NCBI GenBank assembly: GCA_963787125.1
Contig: CAWBBV010000001.1
Location: forward strand, 576,001-640,000
Direction: 5' to 3'
From: an uncultured delta proteobacterium
GTDB taxonomy: Bacteria; Desulfobacterota; Desulfuromonadia; Geobacterales; DSM-12255
DNA length: 64,000 nt
Positions 39,455-47,787 of the stretch are shown piece by piece. The notes under the pieces are model-generated. The model ran no database searches. It had not been told where the DNA came from and saw only the letters and a list, made by a program, of their open reading frames with translations. A program made the position numbers and the translations under genes. Within the stretch, counting starts at the first letter, position 1, and each line of letters opens with the position of its first letter.

Positions 39455-39955
39455 TTAAAGTTGCAGGCTTGGTTCCTCATCTGCACCGCAAGCGGCCAGT
39501 TCATCTGCGGAAAAGACCCGGTCGACATCGAGAATCATGACGAAGCCTTCGTCACGCTTCCCCATCCCCCGGATGAATTCTATGTTGAGTCTGGCACCGA
39601 TGCGCGGCGCCGGTTCGATCTGATGTGGTTCCAGGTCCAGCACCTCCTGTACCGAATCAGCCAGGGCTCCAAGGACAGTCGTCTCTTCGTCAACTTTCAC
39701 CTCCACAATGATGATGCAGGTATTGACCCCTTTTTCGGTCGCTGCCATGCCGAATTTCAGCCGCATATCAACAACCGGCAGCACATTGCCGCGCAGGTTG
39801 ATAACGCCGCACATGAATTCGGGGGTTCGTGGCACCCGGGTAACAGCGGTGTAATCAAGCACCTCCCGCACTGTACTGATATCGAAGGCAAACAGCTCAT
39901 CAGCCAGGGTAAAGGTCAGATACTGGGCTGTTTCTGTCACCGTTTCATCATGCAT
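39455..39955 (-). CDS. cheW: CheW
   Basis: QYLTF, GVINLRGNVLPVVD. Confidence 0.95.
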   Translation of the reverse strand: MHDETVTETAQYLTFTLADELFAFDISTVREVLDYTAVTRVPRTPEFMCGVINLRGNVLPVVDMRLKFGMAATEKGVNTCIIIVEVKVDEETTVLGALADSVQEVLDLEPHQIEPAPRIGARLNIEFIRGMGKRDEGFVMILDVDRVFSADELAACGADEEPSLQL

Positions 39956-41975
39956 GTGTTATCCCCTTCTTCATTGATATTGTGTCGCTTTCAGACCTGC
40001 GTTTTTCGGCAAGCTCTTCCTCGCTGACCAGTTGCAGCAGATCCAGAATCAGCGCCACACTGCCGTCACCCAGTATGGTCGCCCCGGAAACACCCTGCAC
40101 CTGGCGAAATAGTCGCCCGATGGACTTGATCACTGTCTGGTGCCCCCCTATGACGTGATCTACCACAAAACCGACCCGCTTGCCGTCGACCTCGACAATG
40201 ACAATCTGTTCGATGGCAGGTCTGGTGCCGCCTATGCCGAACCGCTCCCTGAGGGGAATATACGGGACAATGGTGTCACGGACGTTGATGAGGTGGCGGC
40301 CATGGGTCCGGGCCAGATCTTCACTGGTCAGTTCGATGCACTCTTCAACCAGTGACAGGGGGAGAACGTAATGATCCGGGCCGACCCGCACCAGCAGGCT
40401 TTCAATTATCGCCAGGGTCAGGGGGATTTTGACAGTTACTCGTGTCCCTTCTCCCTGATTGCTGGAGACGCTGATGGTGCCACGGAGTGCATCGACCCCT
40501 TTTTTAACCACATCCATTCCGACACCACGCCCCGAAATGCTGGTAATTTTGTCCGATGTTGAAAATCCCGGGGCAAAGATCAGGTTGAGCAGTTCCCTGT
40601 CGGACACTTCGGTTCCAGACTCAATCAGGCCCTTTGCCTCCCCTTGGGCGTGTAAAAGTTCCCTGTTGATGCCGGCGCCATCGTCACTGAGAGAAATCAG
40701 GACACTGTCCCCGGAATGAGTGGCCGAAAGGCGGATTGTCCCACGTGCTGATTTACCCGCTGCCTGGCGGACCTCCGGTGATTCAATGCCGTGATCGACG
40801 CAGTTCCTCACCAGGTGCACCAGTGGATCGGCGAGCCGCTCAATAACTGTCTTGTCCAACTCTGTTTCCGCCCCTTCGGTGAGCAATTCGATATCCTTAC
40901 CGAGTTCGTGGGACAGATCGTGTACCAGGCGCCTCAGTTTGCTGAAGGTGACGCCGATGGGGATCATTCTGATATTGAGGGTTGTGTCGCGCAGTCCCTC
41001 GGTCAGCCGCTCGACTTCTTCGGCCAGGGTGGAGAGTCCGACATCGTTGTGGTTTGCGGCAATCTGGTTAAGACGTGCCTGTGCTGTTACCAGTTCCCCG
41101 ACCAGATTCACCAACTGATCGAGTTTCCTGGCTGCAACTCTGATGCTGGAGATTGTCTGCACCTCCCGGGTTTCGCTGTCCCCGAAAAAATCCAGCCCGG
41201 CAGAGGGTGGCGATTGGGCTGCTGGTTTTTCAGCAGCATCACCGCTCGGCTCGTTCTCTGAGATAACTGTAATCTCGACCGAACTCTCTTCGCCGATAAA
41301 CATGAAAACATCGTGGATAGCATCCACGCCTTGTGCAGTTAAAAGCGTCACATCCCAGTAAAGGTAACAAAGCTCCGGATCCAGTTCGGCAAGCGGCGGA
41401 ATTTTGTCGGTATGCACCGTAATCCGGCATGGCCCGAGATCTCGCAGTTCATTCAGAAGCTGGAGAGGATTGAGTCCGCGCCTGAAAATATTCCTGTCCG
41501 GATGAAAACGGATGGCATAGGTTTTCGTGATGACGGAGTCTGACTGACTGCCGGGCTCAACCGGCAAGGTATTCGTTGTCACAGCCAGCGAAACCGTCGC
41601 GCCTGCAAGCTGGCGAAAGGCAGTGACGAGTTCTTCCTCTCGCGCCTCTTTGAGCCCATTGCCGAGCGGTGAGATTCTCAACATCTCCTTGAGCAGATCA
41701 CGCGCCTGCAGGGTAAGGAAGATCAGATCCTTGCTGACAGCCAAACTGCCATCGCGAACAAGGGCAAAAACCGTTTCAATTTCGTGACTGAATGTTGCCA
41801 CTTCATCAAAGCAGAACATGGCGCTTGTCCCCTTGATGGTATGCAATGCCCTGAAAACCCGGTCAATCAGACCGCTGTCACTCGGGTTTTGCTCAAGTTC
41901 CAGCAGCGCGGTTTCCAGTTCGACAAGTAGCTCCGCCCCCTCATCGAGGAACGCCTGCCGGTAATGATCAATCAT
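39948..41975 (-). CDS. cheA: Chemotaxis histidine kinase CheA
   Basis: FRALHTIKG HPt, LVNLVGELV, RNCVDHGIE, GRGVGMDVV, PLTLAI. Confidence 0.97.
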   Translation of the reverse strand: MIDHYRQAFLDEGAELLVELETALLELEQNPSDSGLIDRVFRALHTIKGTSAMFCFDEVATFSHEIETVFALVRDGSLAVSKDLIFLTLQARDLLKEMLRISPLGNGLKEAREEELVTAFRQLAGATVSLAVTTNTLPVEPGSQSDSVITKTYAIRFHPDRNIFRRGLNPLQLLNELRDLGPCRITVHTDKIPPLAELDPELCYLYWDVTLLTAQGVDAIHDVFMFIGEESSVEITVISENEPSGDAAEKPAAQSPPSAGLDFFGDSETREVQTISSIRVAARKLDQLVNLVGELVTAQARLNQIAANHNDVGLSTLAEEVERLTEGLRDTTLNIRMIPIGVTFSKLRRLVHDLSHELGKDIELLTEGAETELDKTVIERLADPLVHLVRNCVDHGIESPEVRQAAGKSARGTIRLSATHSGDSVLISLSDDGAGINRELLHAQGEAKGLIESGTEVSDRELLNLIFAPGFSTSDKITSISGRGVGMDVVKKGVDALRGTISVSSNQGEGTRVTVKIPLTLAIIESLLVRVGPDHYVLPLSLVEECIELTSEDLARTHGRHLINVRDTIVPYIPLRERFGIGGTRPAIEQIVIVEVDGKRVGFVVDHVIGGHQTVIKSIGRLFRQVQGVSGATILGDGSVALILDLLQLVSEEELAEKRRSESDTISMKKGITHA

Positions 41976-42337
41976 CCAATCACCTTACGTACCACCGCCA
42001 GCAGCTGTTCCGGCTGAAAAGGTTTGGTTATCCAGCCGGTCGCACCTGCTGCCCGGGCTTCGTTTTTTCTGATATCATGGGATTCGGTCGTCAGCATGAT
42101 AATCGGGGTGAACCGGGACGCAGGATTTAACCTTACCCCGCGGATAAGGCCGATACCGTCCATGTGAGGCATATTCAGATCGGTGATGACCATGTCGACT
42201 TTCTCATTTTGCAACTTGGCAAGCCCGTCTCTGCCGTCCTTGGCCTCTATTACGCGATAACCTTTCTCCTTGAGGGTGAAAGAAAGCATCATCCGGATAC
42301 TTGCAGAGTCATCAACTGCCAGAATGGTTTTGTTCAT
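41972..42337 (-). CDS. cheY: CheY
   Basis: AVDDSASIR, ITDLNMP, LTTES, GWITKPF. Confidence 0.93.
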   Translation of the reverse strand: MNKTILAVDDSASIRMMLSFTLKEKGYRVIEAKDGRDGLAKLQNEKVDMVITDLNMPHMDGIGLIRGVRLNPASRFTPIIMLTTESHDIRKNEARAAGATGWITKPFQPEQLLAVVRKVIG

Positions 42338-42342
42338 AGGTG

Positions 42343-42690
42343 TTACTCCTTCCAGCGCGTCTGGATGCTCTGGTAATTGTTGTCATCTTCAGGCATAAAT
42401 CCTGCTGCAATTGCCGTTTCGTGAAAAACAGCGCCAGATTCACCTGCCAGTGTAAAAGTGATGCCGGCGCCGATTGAGGTGAGGCGAGCCGCGTGAATCA
42501 GCTGCAACAGCGCAGTGTCTGCGCCGGTAATATGACCGATGTCGAGCTGCAGCTCATTGCAATCGCTCATGGCGGCAAGCAAAGCCGTTTTTATCTTCCC
42601 GACTTCACTAATGGTCGCAAGCCCTGCCAGGGCAACGATGACCCTGGCTTCTGTTCCTGCCGGTGCGTTTTTCGTTATGGTTAATTCCAT
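42343..42690 (-). CDS. STAS-domain protein
   Basis: LDIGHITGADTALLQLI STAS motif; AGGAG before ATG 42690. Confidence 0.85.
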   Translation of the reverse strand: MELTITKNAPAGTEARVIVALAGLATISEVGKIKTALLAAMSDCNELQLDIGHITGADTALLQLIHAARLTSIGAGITFTLAGESGAVFHETAIAAGFMPEDDNNYQSIQTRWKE

Positions 42691-42779
42691 GCTTGGCTCC
42701 TGCAGGTTTTGCCTGTCCTGATAACCCGGAATAAAGGGTGATTCCGCGGTTATTTTCAGCGGCATAAATGAGGGAATAA

Positions 42780-44627
42780 CTAAAAAAACTCGATGTTGTT
42801 GTCAAAGTGGCCATCGCCACCAGCGGAGCCTTTCCATCCGCCGGGAACAACCGCGCCGGTAAGCTCTTGATGAACGGCCCGTTCGCTCCCCATTGTGTAG
42901 CGGAGTTCGGCATCCTGAATACCTTCAGTCCAACGGCCCTGCAGGCCTTTTGGGACTCCGGCAGGCAGTCCCGTCGCAAATCGTTCAATCTTTGGAATTA
43001 GGTCATTTTGCACGGTTCCAATGAGTTCACGGCTTGCCAGGGCTGCCGTAGCGGCGTCGATTGCTTCAGTCAGGGATTTTGCGGCCATATCCGTGCCCAG
43101 CAGCAGTTCACCGGTTTCATTAATTAAACCCTTGAGCTTGTCAACGGTCATAGCAAGTTCATCACTGCGCAGCGTGGTAGAGCCCTGATCCTGCCCGAGG
43201 GCACCATGACGCAAGTCGGTAACGTGCCGGGTGATGGCCCGGATAGTGGTATTGATTGTGGTCGCTTGACTGCAGATATCATCGGATTGTTGCTTGATGG
43301 TTGCGGCGATCACACCGAATGCCGCTCCTTCTTTGCCAGCCTGGGCTGCCTTGATAATGGCGTTGAGGGCAATCAGGCGAATTTCGGAGCCGACTAAATC
43401 GATCTCCTCGGCAAAGCCGGTGATTTCTCCCATGGCCAGAGTTGTTGCCTGAACGATGCCGGCGAGCTTCTCTCTGACTGACATGTTCTCGGCAAATGCT
43501 GCCAGCAGAGACTTAAGTCCCAACTCGATATCTGCAAGGGAGGATCTGCCGACACCATCTGCCTGACTGAAAAGGCCATGGATTCTTGCCGCAGAGTCGC
43601 TCGCTTCCCGTGAAACCGCTTGCAGACCGGAGTCTATTCCGCTTACGGCGCTCACCAGTTCAGCCGCACTGTTGGAGATTTGCGCCACCTGCAGCACGCA
43701 GATGCCGGCCAGATCAGCTGAAAGCAGTCCAGTGTCAGCACCCCCCGCAGCCGGGGCAAGACGTTTTTCAACTTCGATAAGCGCGTCCCTGGCGTGTTCC
43801 AGCTGTTGCCTGGTGATGTCCTGAAACTGTAGTGACACAACTATCGAGCCGACATTGCGGGACATCTCGCCTGAGCGGTTGGAGAGATTGGTTGCTATAT
43901 TTGTGCATTTGGCATGCATGTCAGCCATGATGACGATCTTGGTCCGGACAGCGCCGACCATTGTGCGGTTGAGCTTTTGCTGGGTAATGCCCAGACCTGC
44001 AACCATCGCGCTACCTTTAATCAGGTCGGCATTCAGGGCTCTCCCTCGGGAGAGGATAGCGTTAGATTTTAGCTGGATATTCTCCGACAGCGTGCCGATA
44101 TCGCTGGCTACGTTCTTTAAGCTCATTCCTTTTTTTGTCAGCGATGCCACTTGAATATTGGTAAGCAGTTTCAGCATGCGCAGGTTGCCGACATGCCTTT
44201 TGAAACTCTCCATCAGTCGTCCCATGTCAGCCAGTTCGTCAACTATTCCGTTCAGGAGATCGCTGACCTGGCCGACGGTCCGGTCAGCGGCGATAAAGTC
44301 TTCCTCCAACCGGTCAAGGAGCAGCGCCATCTCCTGGATAACCGCCTGAGTCTCCTCACCTGACACCTTTGCTGCTGTCCGGTCCGCGGCGGCGCCGACT
44401 GCCAGTAACCGGGCGGAAATCTCCTGTAGTCTGGTGCCGGCCTGCAGAAAACGAAGCTCTGTCAGTGCCGGTAATCGCTCCAGATCAGCAATCAGGCCGA
44501 GAAGAGAGAGGCGCCACTGGGGAGTGGTTCTGGTGTCTGCCGGTATGCAGAATTGCCGATCATCGCCGCAGATCTTTGGCAAATACTGCGCGGGCGTTGC
44601 TATTGTTCGACTGCTGACATTCAACAC
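42780..44627 (-). CDS. Soluble atypical MCP-like protein
   Basis: No TM; helical heptads; two hairpin-tip-like segments; LQFQDITRQQLEH; ends NIEFF. Confidence 0.8.
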   Translation of the reverse strand: MLNVSSRTIATPAQYLPKICGDDRQFCIPADTRTTPQWRLSLLGLIADLERLPALTELRFLQAGTRLQEISARLLAVGAAADRTAAKVSGEETQAVIQEMALLLDRLEEDFIAADRTVGQVSDLLNGIVDELADMGRLMESFKRHVGNLRMLKLLTNIQVASLTKKGMSLKNVASDIGTLSENIQLKSNAILSRGRALNADLIKGSAMVAGLGITQQKLNRTMVGAVRTKIVIMADMHAKCTNIATNLSNRSGEMSRNVGSIVVSLQFQDITRQQLEHARDALIEVEKRLAPAAGGADTGLLSADLAGICVLQVAQISNSAAELVSAVSGIDSGLQAVSREASDSAARIHGLFSQADGVGRSSLADIELGLKSLLAAFAENMSVREKLAGIVQATTLAMGEITGFAEEIDLVGSEIRLIALNAIIKAAQAGKEGAAFGVIAATIKQQSDDICSQATTINTTIRAITRHVTDLRHGALGQDQGSTTLRSDELAMTVDKLKGLINETGELLLGTDMAAKSLTEAIDAATAALASRELIGTVQNDLIPKIERFATGLPAGVPKGLQGRWTEGIQDAELRYTMGSERAVHQELTGAVVPGGWKGSAGGDGHFDNNIEFF

Positions 44628-45772
44628 GCGTAAAACTTCTTCAGTTTGATCGATTCACCGGGCGTACGGGGGCTGTCTTCGTTATTGGCGGCGTAAATTT
44701 CTGCAAGGCGGTCGGCAGACAGTCGAAATGCGCGGATAACTTCCGGATCAAAATGTTCCGGCCTGGTCTGGTCATCACCCTCAAGAATGATCCGACAGGC
44801 GGTCGCATGATCAAAGGCCGGCTTGTAGACACGTCGGCTGCGTAGAGCTTCATACTGGTCAGCCAGGATGACGATCCTGCCTTCAAGCGGGATCTCTTCG
44901 CCTTTAAGACCATGGGGGTAGCCGGAACCATCCCAGCGCTCGTGATGGCTTAAGGCAATGGTGGCAGCCATTTCGATCAGCGGGTGGGTAGCGCCGCGCA
45001 AAATCTGGCAACCTATTTCGGCATGAGACTTGATGATTTCGAATTCAGCGGCAGTCAGTGCCCCCTGCTTGAAAAGCACGGCATCCGGAACCCCTATCTT
45101 GCCGATATCGTGCATGGCGCTTGCACAGCTGATATGCTCGATGTATTCATCCGGCAGATTCATGGTGCGGGCAAGCTCAGCTGTAAGCATCCCAATCCTT
45201 TTGATATGCATACCGGTATCTTCATCACGCAGCATGGCTGCCATGGTGAGTCGTTCGATAATCTCCCCGTTCATTCGCTTATGGTTTTGCAGCATTTCCG
45301 CCAGGTCTTCGATATTCTGGTCCACGATCATATTCAGGTCGTCACGACTTTTCTTCTCCGCCTGGATCAGACGTTTGGCGCTGATACCGCGTTCCACGGC
45401 ATCCACCAGGCCCTTCTCGGAAACCGGCTTGACAATGAATTCGAAGGCCTTTAGCCGGATTGCGGATAGCGCTACATCCAGTTCGGCGTTGCCGGTAATG
45501 AAAATTACCGGTGTTTCATTGTCGAAATTGCGAATCTGTTCCAGTAGCCTGAAGCCGTTGATGACCGGCATGTTTATATCCGTAAGAACCACCTCTGTGG
45601 GAGTCTCCCGGAACGTGGAGAGAGCAATGAGTGCGTCTCTGTGCGCCGACACCTCGAAACCGTTACTGCTGAGCAGCATGGAAATCGAATCAAGGGTCAA
45701 CGGGTCATCATCCACTACCATTACGCTGCCTGCGTTGCTTTGTCGCACGGCTAACCCCACCCGTAAATTCAA
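44621..45772 (-). CDS. REC-HD-GYP cyclic-dinucleotide phosphodiesterase (RpfG-like)
   Basis: DDD/TDINMP receiver; MHDIGKIG, HHERWDGSGYP; start uncertain (TTG 45772 or GTG 45748). Confidence 0.92.
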   Translation of the reverse strand: MNLRVGLAVRQSNAGSVMVVDDDPLTLDSISMLLSSNGFEVSAHRDALIALSTFRETPTEVVLTDINMPVINGFRLLEQIRNFDNETPVIFITGNAELDVALSAIRLKAFEFIVKPVSEKGLVDAVERGISAKRLIQAEKKSRDDLNMIVDQNIEDLAEMLQNHKRMNGEIIERLTMAAMLRDEDTGMHIKRIGMLTAELARTMNLPDEYIEHISCASAMHDIGKIGVPDAVLFKQGALTAAEFEIIKSHAEIGCQILRGATHPLIEMAATIALSHHERWDGSGYPHGLKGEEIPLEGRIVILADQYEALRSRRVYKPAFDHATACRIILEGDDQTRPEHFDPEVIRAFRLSADRLAEIYAANNEDSPRTPGESIKLKKFYAC

Positions 45773-45806
45773 GGTCGATGCATTTAACTCCGATCACATT
45801 CATTAG

Positions 45807-45823
45807 AGCACAGGGCGTGCCAA
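45807..45823 (-). promoter_or_regulatory. sigma54 (-24/-12) promoter of the chemosensory operon
   Basis: Minus strand TTGGCACGCCCTGTGCT, exact GG-N10-GC spacing. Confidence 0.85.
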
Positions 45824-45850
45824 TGGCTGCCAGCGGATATTTGCTATATA

Positions 45851-45863
45851 TATCAGCATGTTA
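45851..45863 (+). promoter_or_regulatory. IHF site
   Basis: TATCAGCATGTTA matches WATCARNNNNTTR, with AT-rich DNA on its 5' side. Confidence 0.65.
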
Positions 45864-45888
45864 ACCGAAGGTATGCGTAACTGATGAT

Positions 45889-46003
45889 TGCGACAAAAGT
45901 AGCCACCATTAAGTGGTCTGGAAGTTAAGGCAATCGCAACTAGCTGAGAAGTAACGGTATAATGCGGAGTGCGACATAATTTGCGCGGATGCTAAATGTC
46001 GCA
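45889..46003. promoter_or_regulatory. Putative enhancer (UAS) repeats
   Basis: TGCGACA at 45889 and 45970, inverted TGTCGCA at 45997-46003. Confidence 0.55.
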
Positions 46004-46090
46004 GTTTCTTAGCAGATTGAATTTGGCAAGGGTATCACAGCGTGGGGACAATGACAGGTGTTGAGCGGCAGGGGAGCGATGGGCAACAGG

Positions 46091-47500
46091 CTATTTACGA
46101 CAGAGTCTTTTGTTCAAGGCCTGCCGGGTTAGTCCCAGCATGGTTGCTGCCGCCCCCTGATTCCCTTCGGTACGTTGCAGCGCTGTGGCGATGAGATACT
46201 GTTCCATCTCCTTAAGAGTTGGAAAACAACCGGTAACTGCGAAGGCTGTTTCAGCTTTAGGCGCCAAATGCGTCGGAGGAATAGGGGCTGAGTCTTTGGT
46301 GACTGACAATTTGTCGAAGTTTGCCGAAGTAAGATTCCCACCCTGGTGCCTGGTCATGGCATCGAAAATCATCCCCTTCAGTTCACGGATATTGCCGGGG
46401 AAGTGATACGCCTTGAGGTGAGTCAGGATTTCAGGCCGGTACGTCGGTTTAGCTTTTTGTAGAGTTAGGCAGGCTTCCTCCAGAAAAGTTTCCAGAAGGA
46501 GGGGTATGTCCTCCAGCCGCTCCCGCAGGGGCGGAATCTCCACTCTATGAGCGCAGAGTCGATAGTAAAGATCCTTGCGAAACAGTCCGTCAGCCATGAG
46601 CTGTTCGAGATTCTGATTGGTGGCAACGACAAACCGGGCCCGGCTCTGCACCCCCCGGTCCGCGCCGATAGGGAAGTATTCCCCTTCCTGGAGGAGTCGC
46701 AGGAGTTTTACCTGGGAAGCCGGGCTAAGGTCGCCGATTTCATCCAGAAAGAGGGTGCCGCCGGCGGCACGGGCGATCATCCCCTCCCGGGCTTCGGCGG
46801 CCCCGGTGTAAGCTCCTTTGCGGTGGCCGAAGAGGGTGTCGGCAAACATCAGGTCGTCGAGTCCGGCAGAGTTGATCGCCACGAATTCACCGCCGGCACC
46901 GCTGAGGGAATGGGCGGCCCGGGCTATGAGCTCCTTGCCGACCCCGGTTTCTCCGGTAATCAGGATCGGTTGCCCGGCAACGGCGGCTGCTTCCAGATAA
47001 CTGAACAGCGCTTCCATCCTGGTACTGCGGGTCTGAATGGCGGCAAAGGCAGCTTTGTTGCGTAATCGGCCGGTCAGGAGCGATTCCTTAAGGGAGGATA
47101 TTTCCCGGCGGAGAGTATGCAGTTCCAGCGCCTTCTTGACGGTTGCCACCAGTCTGTTGATCTCAACCGGTTTTACCTGGTAATCGAAGGCGCCGGCCTT
47201 CATGCAGTCGACGGCAGTATCGAGCTGGTTGGCTGCGGTGACAATAATGACTGGCAATTGGGGATAATTGGCGGTTATTTCCTTAAGAAGGTCAGTCCCG
47301 GAAAAGTAAGGCATCTGCAGGTCGAGAACAACGACTCCCGCCTCCTGTTCGGCAAGGAGCGGCAGCAGCTTCCGACTGTCTGAACAGGTGCTGATGGTAG
47401 TGATACCCGCACCATGCAGCATCACTTCATAACTGAACAGAATTTCATGTTCGTCATCAACGAGAACCACGGTCGGCGATGTTGGTGGTAATGTTTCCAT
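46091..47500 (-). CDS. NtrC-family sigma54-dependent response regulator
   Basis: REC (LDLQMP), GETGVGKE, GAYTGA, FLDEIG, FPGNIREL, Fis-type HTH. Confidence 0.95.
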   Translation of the reverse strand: METLPPTSPTVVLVDDEHEILFSYEVMLHGAGITTISTCSDSRKLLPLLAEQEAGVVVLDLQMPYFSGTDLLKEITANYPQLPVIIVTAANQLDTAVDCMKAGAFDYQVKPVEINRLVATVKKALELHTLRREISSLKESLLTGRLRNKAAFAAIQTRSTRMEALFSYLEAAAVAGQPILITGETGVGKELIARAAHSLSGAGGEFVAINSAGLDDLMFADTLFGHRKGAYTGAAEAREGMIARAAGGTLFLDEIGDLSPASQVKLLRLLQEGEYFPIGADRGVQSRARFVVATNQNLEQLMADGLFRKDLYYRLCAHRVEIPPLRERLEDIPLLLETFLEEACLTLQKAKPTYRPEILTHLKAYHFPGNIRELKGMIFDAMTRHQGGNLTSANFDKLSVTKDSAPIPPTHLAPKAETAFAVTGCFPTLKEMEQYLIATALQRTEGNQGAAATMLGLTRQALNKRLCRK

Positions 47501-47787
47501 AATGCGACTCCCTGGTGAGGATTGTAGCCAACTATCCCTTCCCCGGCAAGGTGAAACTCCGGGAGAATTACTGCAAGGCAGCGGTTTTCATGGCTGAGCG
47601 GTTGTGACGGCAAGAAATCAGGTCAGCATAAAAACCATTATTTACAGCTAATTCGGCAGATAACTCTTTTATTCCCCCCGGCGGAAACAGTATCATTCTC
47701 ATTAATATATCTGCTCCGACCCCGCCACGGATGATCCGACTTTCTCTCCTTTTGGTGCGGCGCACACTTAACCAGGGAGGATTCCCC

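Noticed and set aside
45769..45783. Four-codon uORF MHRP* overlapping the HD-GYP TTG start
   Set aside because: Too short to distinguish from chance, and the real start is uncertain.
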